A DNA stretch of 49,509 nucleotides. Source: Burkholderiales bacterium. GTDB lineage: Bacteria > Pseudomonadota > Gammaproteobacteria > Burkholderiales > SG8-39. A model generated the notes under the pieces. That model did not search any database, was not told the origin of the DNA, and saw nothing but the letters and a program-made list of their open reading frames with translations. This document shows, one piece after another, positions 8,599 to 15,438 of this stretch. The position numbers and the translations under genes are program-made. The number at the start of each line of letters is the position of its first letter. The first letter of the stretch is position 1. The DNA lies in assembly GCA_049663805.1 (NCBI GenBank), contig JBATEB010000162.1:1-49509 (forward strand), read 5' to 3'.

Positions 8599-9600
8599 TC
8601 AGTGCAACGCCGGTTTCTTGAGCAGGTCCTGGCGGTCGGCCGAGCGCACCTCGATGCGGGAGACGGTCCCCTCGCGCACCAGGGTGAGGGGCACGTCGAC
8701 CCCTGCGGGACCGGTGCCCCAGATCCTGCGGAACAAGTCGGCCAGTCCGCCGACGCGTCCGCCTGTGACCTCGATCACGATGTCGCCGACCTGCACTCCG
8801 GAGCGCTCCGCCGGTCCGCCGTTGGCAAGACCCGAGACCACGACATGTCCTTTGACCTCGGTCGCGTAAAGACCCAGCCAGGGGCGCGGCGTCCGCTTGG
8901 CGCGGCCGAGCTTCACCATGTCCTCGAGGATCGGCTCCAGCAGGTCGATGGGAACGATCATGTTTCCCTGTACCGTTCGGCCCCCCAGCTCCTCCTGGAC
9001 CATGAGCGAGCCTACCCCCAGCAAGCGCCCATCGCCGCCGATGAGCGCCGCCCCGCTCCACTGCGGATGCGCCGGGGCCGTGAACAGGGCTTCATCGAGG
9101 ACGTACTCCCAGTATCCGGCGAATTCGCGCTTGGCGATCAGCGTTGCCCGGAGCGCGTGCTTGCGCCCGCCGTGGCTCGCGACGACGACCTCGTCGCCGA
9201 CCTTGCAGGATGCGACCGTGCCCCGGGCGAGCGCCGGCACTCCCAGCCGGCCGAGGGGCTGGACCAGTCCCAGACCGGTCTGCTGGTCGTAGGCGAGAGC
9301 GTGGCCTGCAACGGCATCGCCCTTGCCCGTATTCAGCCAGATGGTGGTCGCTTCGGTGATCAGGTAGCCGATCGTCAGGACTATTCCGTCGTCGCGAATG
9401 ACCACGCCGTTGCCGAGCCGTTCGGTGCCGAGGGTCCCCGCGGTAAACCCGTCCTCGGGAACCTCCGCCCGCAGCAGCACCAGCGAGCCAAGCGCCGTCT
9501 CGAGGTCGAACTGCACCTCCTCGGGGTCGGGCTGCATTTCGGGCGGAAACGCCCAGTGGCTGAGGTCCGTCATCGGCTCGTGCCTCGGTCGGTTCTTCAT
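8599..9600 (-). CDS. trypsin-fold (S1C/HtrA-like) domain plus PDZ domain protein with no signal peptide; catalytic His/Asp not evident
   Basis: 333 aa, colinear by eye with the DegP protease and PDZ1 domains (GNGVVIRDDGIVLT..., ...QWSGAALIGGDGRLLGVGS, PDZ: WLGLYATEVKGHVVVSGLANGGPAERSGVQVGDIVIEV). An alternative start is ATG 9573. Confidence 0.8.
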   Translation of the reverse strand: MKNRPRHEPMTDLSHWAFPPEMQPDPEEVQFDLETALGSLVLLRAEVPEDGFTAGTLGTERLGNGVVIRDDGIVLTIGYLITEATTIWLNTGKGDAVAGHALAYDQQTGLGLVQPLGRLGVPALARGTVASCKVGDEVVVASHGGRKHALRATLIAKREFAGYWEYVLDEALFTAPAHPQWSGAALIGGDGRLLGVGSLMVQEELGGRTVQGNMIVPIDLLEPILEDMVKLGRAKRTPRPWLGLYATEVKGHVVVSGLANGGPAERSGVQVGDIVIEVTGGRVGGLADLFRRIWGTGPAGVDVPLTLVREGTVSRIEVRSADRQDLLKKPALH

Positions 9601-9663
9601 TCTATGGCAGGGCCAGTCTCCACGTCAGGTTTCCCTTGTACACTTTCCCCGAAAAGGACGCTC

Positions 9664-10656
9664 ATGAACATTCCGCTCAGCATCGCAATGGCTACCAATC
9701 CGAGAACCCGGCCGATCATCGACGGCAAGGTCGAGGCCGACGGCATTGCGCTCATCCCGAGTCCCGTGCACCCGTCGGAGATGTTCTGGCGGCAGTTGCG
9801 CTTTGCCGACTTCGATGTCTCCGAGATGTCGTTTTCCTCGCTGATGATGGCGAGGGCGAAGGGGGACGATCGCTGGGTCGGCCTGCCGGTCTTCACCACG
9901 CGCAAGTTCTTCCACGCGGAAATCCTGGTGAGGAAGGACTCCGGGATAGAGCGGCCCGCCGACCTGAAGGGGCGCCGCGTCGGAGTCCCCGAGTACCAGC
10001 AGACCGCCGCGCTGTGGACGCGGGGCGTGCTCGAGCACGAGTTCGGCGTCGCGCCCGGGGACATGCTGTTCTGGATGGAGCGAACCCCGTCGCACAGCCA
10101 CCGCGGCGCGCTCGGCTTCACGCCCCCGCCGGGGGTGACGGTCAACCAGATTCCACCGGAGAAGAACATCGGATCGATGATGCTCTCGGGCGAGCTCGAG
10201 GCGGTGATCCACTATATCGTCGATCCCAATCTCGTCGACCGGAGCACCGCCGACCTGTGGAACCATCCGGCGATCCGGCCTCTTTTCCCCGATCCGATTG
10301 CCGAGGGCGTGCGCTACTACCGCAAGACCGGCATCTTTCCCATCAACCACGGAATGGTGATCCGCAAGGAGATAACGGAGAAACATCCCTGGGTGGTTCT
10401 CAACCTGTACAAGGCGTTCGAGCGCGCCAACGAGATCGCGAACCGGGAGCGCATGGAGCACGCCGAGTACCATCTGGCGGCCGGCCTGCTTCCGAACGAG
10501 GCGCGGGAGGCATTGCGGGTGCCGCTGGTGCAGCACGGCATCAGGGCCAACCGGCAGGTGCTCGAAACGGCCGCGGGCTACTCGCACGAGCAGGGACTGA
10601 CACCGCGCCGCCTGGCCCTGCAGGAAGTATTCGCGGCAAACGCGATGGAACAGTAG
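9664..10656 (+). CDS. periplasmic-binding-protein-fold cytosolic protein of the 4,5-dihydroxyphthalate-decarboxylase-like (PhtD/NMT1-like) family
   Basis: 330 aa from ATG 9664, with AAGGA 5-6 nt upstream. There is no signal peptide. The N-terminus NPRTRPIIDGKVEADGIALIPSPVHPSEMFWRQLRFADFDVSEMSFSS is the hallmark of proteins annotated this way. The 755-aa track ORF is an upstream read-through antisense to the protease gene. Confidence 0.7.
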   Translation: MNIPLSIAMATNPRTRPIIDGKVEADGIALIPSPVHPSEMFWRQLRFADFDVSEMSFSSLMMARAKGDDRWVGLPVFTTRKFFHAEILVRKDSGIERPADLKGRRVGVPEYQQTAALWTRGVLEHEFGVAPGDMLFWMERTPSHSHRGALGFTPPPGVTVNQIPPEKNIGSMMLSGELEAVIHYIVDPNLVDRSTADLWNHPAIRPLFPDPIAEGVRYYRKTGIFPINHGMVIRKEITEKHPWVVLNLYKAFERANEIANRERMEHAEYHLAAGLLPNEAREALRVPLVQHGIRANRQVLETAAGYSHEQGLTPRRLALQEVFAANAMEQ

Positions 10657-10676
10657 GCAGGTGCCCGCGCGGGCGG

Positions 10677-11267
10677 TCAGCCCCTTGCGGCCCGCTTGCC
10701 GAGCAGCGCCTCGCGGAATCGGTTCTTCAGATGGGCGCCGTCGCGCGGCGGCAGCACGAGCGGGGGCGTTTCCGCTTTCACCTTCACCTGATAAAGGAGC
10801 GGCCCCCTGCCGCGATACACCCCCGAGCGCACGGCGGGAATCCCGGCCCTTGCGCGGATGAGGCGAGCCTCGGCAAACCCGCAGGCGCGGGCCACCGCCC
10901 AGAGCTCGGTGCCGCATGCGGTGTGGGTTTTTTGCATTCCGGTTTCTCCGTAGCGCTCGTTGTCGAGCACCACGATGGCGAGGTTGCGCGGGCGCTGCGC
11001 GCCGACGGTGGCGAGACTCCCCAGGCCCATCAGCATTTCGCCGTCCCCGGTGACGACCAGCACCCGGCGCTTCGGCCGGGCGAGCGCCAGGCCGAGCCCG
11101 ATCGTGCACGCCGAGCCCATCGCGCCCCACAGGGGAAAAGTGAGCGGATGATCGCCCGCCGCGGCGCAGTCCCAGGCAGACGATCCGAGCCCGGCGACGA
11201 CCAGAAGCCCGCCGCGGTCCTCCAGCAGCGCCTTGACGACCTCGCGCCGATGCAGGCTGGCGCTCAC
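10677..11267 (-). CDS. thiamine-diphosphate-dependent decarboxylase, beta subunit (sulfopyruvate/phosphonopyruvate decarboxylase ComE-like)
   Basis: 197 aa from a GTG that overlaps the alpha-subunit stop (GTGA). The ThDP-binding motif is VVTGDGEMLMGLGSLATVGAQRPRNLAIVVLDNERYGETG (GDG-x24-27-N). Confidence 0.8.
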   Translation of the reverse strand: MSASLHRREVVKALLEDRGGLLVVAGLGSSAWDCAAAGDHPLTFPLWGAMGSACTIGLGLALARPKRRVLVVTGDGEMLMGLGSLATVGAQRPRNLAIVVLDNERYGETGMQKTHTACGTELWAVARACGFAEARLIRARAGIPAVRSGVYRGRGPLLYQVKVKAETPPLVLPPRDGAHLKNRFREALLGKRAARG

Positions 11268-11806
11268 GGCTCTTCCCGGAACGACTTGATCCCGATCAGA
11301 CTTTGAGAGATCGTGACCGCGACCGCGGCGCAGTCGTCGAAGGCGAGCCGTGCCGCCGCGCTCACCGTGTCGCGCGCTTCGGCGGCCCGGTCGAGGCGAA
11401 AGATCCGCACGCCGCCGAGCCTGAGGGTTTCCGGCGTCGCCTGTCCCATCGGAATCTGCCAGGGATTGAGCTCGCCCGCCTCGCCGCGCATGGTCACCAG
11501 CATCAGCAGCGGAAACCGGCAGTTCGCCGCGAGCGTGAGGGCATTGACGCAGTTGCCGACGCCGCTCGACTGCATGAGGAGCGCCGCGCGCTCCCCGCCC
11601 AGCCAGGCGCCGGCCGCCAGGCCTATCCCCTCCTCCTCGCTCGTGAGCGGCACGACCGCCATGTTCTTGTCCGCGTGACACAGCTCGATCAGGCGCTTGT
11701 GGCCCGCATCGGGCACGTAGCAGACCTGGCGCACGCGTTGCGACTTGAGGACGCGATGAATCGCGGCGGGCCAGTCGAGGGCCGCGGCCTGCAGTGGCGG
11801 CTCCAT
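11264..11806 (-). CDS. thiamine-diphosphate-dependent decarboxylase, alpha subunit (ComD-like, pyrimidine-binding domain)
   Basis: 180 aa. VCYVPDAGHKRLIE ... LTSEEEGIGLAAGAWLGGERAALLMQSSGVGNCVNAL is typical of the N-terminal TPP_enzyme domain of split sulfopyruvate decarboxylases. Confidence 0.8.
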   Translation of the reverse strand: MEPPLQAAALDWPAAIHRVLKSQRVRQVCYVPDAGHKRLIELCHADKNMAVVPLTSEEEGIGLAAGAWLGGERAALLMQSSGVGNCVNALTLAANCRFPLLMLVTMRGEAGELNPWQIPMGQATPETLRLGGVRIFRLDRAAEARDTVSAAARLAFDDCAAVAVTISQSLIGIKSFREEP

Positions 11807-11981
11807 GTCCTATGCCCTGGATTCCGGCGGCTGCGCTTCCGGCATCCTGTACTCGGTGATAGGGGTGAAGGTGATCACAACGCCGACGATCCTGTTGTCC
11901 ACGGCCGTTCGAGCAGCTTAACCGGGATCACCGGCAGGCGCACGAAGGCGCCGTCAACGCGAAAACAGGAAAAGCCGGGAT

Positions 11982-12680
11982 TCAGGCGCTCTTCGCGCGC
12001 CGGCGGCCGGCAAGGCCGATCAAGATCAGGCTCAAGCCGACGCCGAGCAACGACAGGGTCGTCGGCTCCGGGACGGCAACCACCGAGGCGAGCAGCGTCT
12101 CGCGCGTGTTGGCGTAGTTGCCCTGCGGCGTCTTGAGGTTGAAGCTGCTGGTAAAGCTCAGACCGACGAAGAACGGGTTGTTGTCGACGTTGACGAGCAA
12201 CTGCAGAAGCTGATTCGCGCGATCCGCAGTGACGACTTCCGGGTCGTTCCATGAATCCACGAATGCCAGGACCTGCGAGTTGGCGTCGAGCACCTCGATG
12301 GACTCGAGGAAATACCACGGATCGTTGACCGCGAAGAGATCGAGGTCGCTGAAATCCAGCGAGAGCAGGTTCGGGCCGAACTGAACCGGCTCGAAGAGCA
12401 GGAACATGTCGAGCGTGCCGCCGGTGCAGGTGGAGGGGTAGGAACAGCTGTCCACCGCCGTGCCGGCATTGACCCCGTAGACGCCGGAATCCCCGGCTGT
12501 CAGCGGAATGTAGAAACTGATCGTGCCGCCCGCACTGACGTTGCCGACTGTTACGCTGGAGCCGATTCCCTGGACCGGCACGCCGATCGTCGTCGCCTGT
12601 ACCGACGCTGCTGCAGCCATCAGCACCAGCGCCGACCCGATCAGACCGCCCTTTCGCATTTTGTTGACCCAAGCTCGCAC
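11982..12680 (-). CDS. PEP-CTERM sorting-domain secreted protein
   Basis: 232 aa with a signal peptide (MRKGGLIGSALVLMAAAASVQA). The C-terminal VPEPTTLSLLGVGLSLILIGLAGRRRAKSA has the classic PEP motif, a TM helix and an Arg cluster. GGAG lies 8 nt before GTG 12680. An alternative start is ATG 12659. Confidence 0.88.
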   Translation of the reverse strand: MRAWVNKMRKGGLIGSALVLMAAAASVQATTIGVPVQGIGSSVTVGNVSAGGTISFYIPLTAGDSGVYGVNAGTAVDSCSYPSTCTGGTLDMFLLFEPVQFGPNLLSLDFSDLDLFAVNDPWYFLESIEVLDANSQVLAFVDSWNDPEVVTADRANQLLQLLVNVDNNPFFVGLSFTSSFNLKTPQGNYANTRETLLASVVAVPEPTTLSLLGVGLSLILIGLAGRRRAKSA

Positions 12681-12719
12681 CTAATTTTCTCCGGCAAAAG
12701 CACGCGATACCCAGGTAGC

Positions 12720-12735
12720 GCAAGAGCCGCGCCAG
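12720..12735 (-). promoter_or_regulatory. candidate sigma-54 (-24/-12) promoter for the PEP-CTERM gene
   Basis: The minus strand reads TGGCGC-GGCTC-TTGCG, against the consensus TGGCAC-N5-TTGCW. GG and GC are at exact consensus spacing. The -12 element ends about 40 nt upstream of the GTG start. Confidence 0.55.
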
Positions 12736-12842
12736 GGATCAATAACGTTTGTGGAATCAGCAAGTTGCAGATCAGGAGGCTATCGAGCCGCAACCAGGTG
12801 TAAAAATTCCCGACACGGGCGCAGTCCGGTCCTCGCGTCCGA

Positions 12843-13412
12843 TTACCCGCGCCGGATCCGCGGCAGCAGCTTCGCCAGCTCCGCGCCGTGAATCAGCCGG
12901 ATGTTTCTCTCGAGCGCGAATGCGCGCGCGCCATCGGTAATTTCGCCCGCGGCGACATAGAGGCACTCGTGCGCCCCGCGCGCGCGCCTGGCGTCATCCA
13001 GGTCGCGCAGCGGATCGACGCCGGTGTGCGCGGCCTTCCAGCGCTTGCAACCGAGGAGCGAGATGCGTCCGTCCTTGGCGAGCTCGAAGTCGGCCGCCGC
13101 GCTGTCGAGCCGCCTCACGGCGTAGCCCTCATTGCGGAAAGCGTCCGCCAGCACGCCGGAAAAATCCCTCCACGACATCACGCGGACCGCCTCGAGGGTG
13201 TCGGCGACCCGCGCGGCGCCCGGTGCGCGAAACTGCCGCCAGCCGGCAACGCCCCCGATGACGATGAACGGCAGCGCGGCGAAGAAAGCATAGACCTCGG
13301 GCAGCACCAGCCTTGCCGCCGCAACGATCCCCGCGGCGATGGCGATGCTCATCCACCACGGCGAGCGCAGCAGGATCGCGAACAGCGAATTCTCGGCCAT
13401 CCGAAACTTCAT
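12843..13412 (-). CDS. membrane-anchored restriction-endonuclease-like (Mrr_cat, PD-(D/E)xK) protein
   Basis: 189 aa with two N-terminal TM helices (WWMSIAIAAGIVAAARLVL, VYAFFAALPFIVIGGVAGW). These are followed by MSWRDFSGVLADAFRNEGYAV ... ADFELAKDGRISLLGCKRWK, which matches the Mrr catalytic-domain pattern (D ... E/Q-x-K). Confidence 0.75.
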   Translation of the reverse strand: MKFRMAENSLFAILLRSPWWMSIAIAAGIVAAARLVLPEVYAFFAALPFIVIGGVAGWRQFRAPGAARVADTLEAVRVMSWRDFSGVLADAFRNEGYAVRRLDSAAADFELAKDGRISLLGCKRWKAAHTGVDPLRDLDDARRARGAHECLYVAAGEITDGARAFALERNIRLIHGAELAKLLPRIRRG

Positions 13413-13527
13413 TTCCCGCCCCGCATCGACGACCTTGTGGAAACCCCGGCAGTATTGGTTATCATTGCACGCTTGGCCGGAACGCCCCGTTCCCGGCCGG
13501 AAGACCCGCTACCCGCAAGGAGCCGAC

Positions 13528-14202
13528 ATGAAACTCTATTACCACCCGGTATCCACCACCAGCCGCCCCGTGTGGCTGTTCATTGCCGAAAACAACATCG
13601 ATTGCGAGCTGAAAGTCGTCGACCTGATGACAGGCGAACACTATAAGCCGGAGTACGTGGCGATCAATCCCAACCGACTGGTGCCGGTGCTCGAAGACGG
13701 CGATTTTCGCCTGACCGAGAGCTCGGCGATTCTCAAGTACCTCGCCGACAAGACCCACTCTCCGACCTATCCGAAAGAGCTGCGGGCGCGGGCCAGAGTG
13801 AACGAAATGATGGACTGGATCAACACCCAGATCTGCCGCGAGTTCGCCTACGGGCTGGTCTACCCGCAGATCTTCCCCACGCACAAGCGGCGCAGCGACG
13901 AAGCGCACGCGGCCACGCTCGCCTGGGGCAAGGAGAAAACGCAAGGGTGGCTGAAAGTCCTGGATGAAAACCTGCTCGGGCCGAAGAAGAAATTCCTCTG
14001 CGGCGAGCAGATCACGATCGCCGATTATTTCGGCGGGCCGTTCGTCGCTCTCGGCGAAATCCTGCGCTGCAACTACTCGGCCTACCCGAACGTCACCCGC
14101 TGGCTGGACCGGATGAAGGCGCTCAAGAACTGGGGCAAGGTCCATGAAGTCTTCCACGGGTTTGCCGCCTCGCTCAAGGACAAGTCGTTCGAGGCCGTTT
14201 GA
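13528..14202 (+). CDS. glutathione S-transferase
   Basis: 224 aa from ATG 13528, with AAGGAG 6-7 nt upstream. MKLYYHPVSTTSRPVWLFIAENNIDCELKVVDLMTGEHYKPEYVAINPNRLVPVLEDGDFRLTESSAILKYLADK is a GST N-terminal thioredoxin-like domain. Confidence 0.9.
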   Translation: MKLYYHPVSTTSRPVWLFIAENNIDCELKVVDLMTGEHYKPEYVAINPNRLVPVLEDGDFRLTESSAILKYLADKTHSPTYPKELRARARVNEMMDWINTQICREFAYGLVYPQIFPTHKRRSDEAHAATLAWGKEKTQGWLKVLDENLLGPKKKFLCGEQITIADYFGGPFVALGEILRCNYSAYPNVTRWLDRMKALKNWGKVHEVFHGFAASLKDKSFEAV

Positions 14203-14263
14203 GCGATCGACCGGCAGCAGCGGTCCGACCGACGCTGACCGCGGAGCGGACGCCCGCCCGCCG

Positions 14264-14473
14264 CTACCAGCGCTGCCGGTGCCGGTACCAGGGCTGGGGT
14301 TTGGCCTTGGCCGGTTTCGCCGCGGGGGTCGCCGCACCGGCCGGATCCGACGCCTTCGCGCCCGCGCCCGCGGTGCTCGCCTTGGGCGCCGGGGCATCTT
14401 TCGGGCCGCCCTCGAGCACCTTCCGCAGGCCCTTCACTTTGCGGCGGATGGAGTCTGAGAGTTTCTCGGCCAT
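14264..14473 (-). CDS. hypothetical small basic Lys/Ala/Pro-rich protein (69 aa)
   Basis: Third-position G/C bias looks coding. The protein is MAEKLSDSIRRKVKGLRKVLEGG...AAKPAKAKPQPWYRHRQRW. There is no clear SD, and competing plus-strand ORFs look like Arg/Pro-rich shadows. I recognise no family. Confidence 0.4.
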   Translation of the reverse strand: MAEKLSDSIRRKVKGLRKVLEGGPKDAPAPKASTAGAGAKASDPAGAATPAAKPAKAKPQPWYRHRQRW

Positions 14474-14580
14474 GATGTTTCGTCGCGGAGGAATCGGGAA
14501 GTGGCATCATTCTATTACAGGGCGGGATTCGGGATAACCCGGGCCCGCGCCGATTCCGGCAGGCGCTCAATCCTCCCTTC

Positions 14581-15438
14581 ATGGCGACCTACGCGATTGG
14601 CGATGTGCAGGGCAGCTTCGAGGAACTGCGCGCGCTTCTCGGGGCGATCGCATTCGACCGCGGCAGGGACCGGCTGTGGTTCGTGGGAGACCTGGTCAAC
14701 CGGGGCCCCGCGTCGCTGGCGACGCTGCGGTTCGTGCGCGAGCTGGGAGAATGCGCGCAGGTCGTTCTCGGGAACCACGATCTGCACCTGCTCGCGGTCG
14801 CCCGGGGTGTCGCGAAGCCGCGCGGTGACGACACGCTCGGCGAAGTTCTCGCCGCGCCCGATTGCGACGAGCTGCTCGGCTGGTTGCGCCGCCGGCCGAT
14901 GATGCATGTCGAGGCCGGCCATGCGCTGGTGCACGCCGGACTGCTGCCGCAATGGGATATCGCCAGGGCAGGCGAACTCGCCAGGGAGGTCGAAGCGGAG
15001 TTGCGCGGGCCGGGACACCGGGAATTCCTCGCCCAGCTCTACGGTTCGCGGCCCGATCGCTGGAGCGAGGACTTGCGCGGCATCGACCGCCTGCGGGTCA
15101 TCGTCAATGCCATGACTCGCCTGCGCTTCTGCACGCCCGATGGCGTCATGGAATTTCACACCAAGGGGGAGACCGCGCAGGCCCCCGCCGGCTACCTGCC
15201 GTGGTTCGCCGTGCCGCACCGCAGGAGCGAAAGCCACACGCTGATCGTCGGCCATTGGTCCGCGCTCGGATTGCGCATCGAACCGAAGCTCCTCGCCCTC
15301 GACACCGGCTGCGTCTGGGGCGGGAAGCTCAGCGCCGTTCGCCTGGAGGACAGGCGTCTGTATCAGGTGCGGTGCATGGCGGGCGCCGCTGCCGCGAAGT
15401 CGCCCCCGGCGCAGGCACGCCGAGCGCCGCCGCGATAG
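14581..15438 (+). CDS. apaH: bis(5'-nucleosyl)-tetraphosphatase, symmetrical
   Basis: 285 aa. ATYAIGDVQGSFEELRALL ... RLWFVGDLVNRGPASL ... VLGNHDLHLL are the metallophosphoesterase motifs in the ApaH arrangement. Confidence 0.93.
   Translation: MATYAIGDVQGSFEELRALLGAIAFDRGRDRLWFVGDLVNRGPASLATLRFVRELGECAQVVLGNHDLHLLAVARGVAKPRGDDTLGEVLAAPDCDELLGWLRRRPMMHVEAGHALVHAGLLPQWDIARAGELAREVEAELRGPGHREFLAQLYGSRPDRWSEDLRGIDRLRVIVNAMTRLRFCTPDGVMEFHTKGETAQAPAGYLPWFAVPHRRSESHTLIVGHWSALGLRIEPKLLALDTGCVWGGKLSAVRLEDRRLYQVRCMAGAAAAKSPPAQARRAPPR

Noticed and set aside
8389-9663. N-terminal extensions of several track ORFs, such as 8389..10656. Others are 23896..26811, 29385..31553, 17222..18541, 17950..18996, 21418..22782 and 10677..11681
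   Set aside because: The extended parts run through neighbouring genes on the other strand and are compositionally shadow-like. Internal starts with an SD or a stop/start overlap give proteins of the expected family length.
13456-13469. Sigma-54-like TGGTTATCATTGCA in the nuclease/GST divergent region
   Set aside because: GG and GC are separated by 8 nt, not the required 10 nt.
14144-14537. Plus-strand ORFs 14144..14458 and 14199..14537 opposite the small KAP-rich ORF
   Set aside because: They are Arg/Pro/Gly-rich shadow-type sequences with no start context. The minus-strand small ORF is only weakly preferred.
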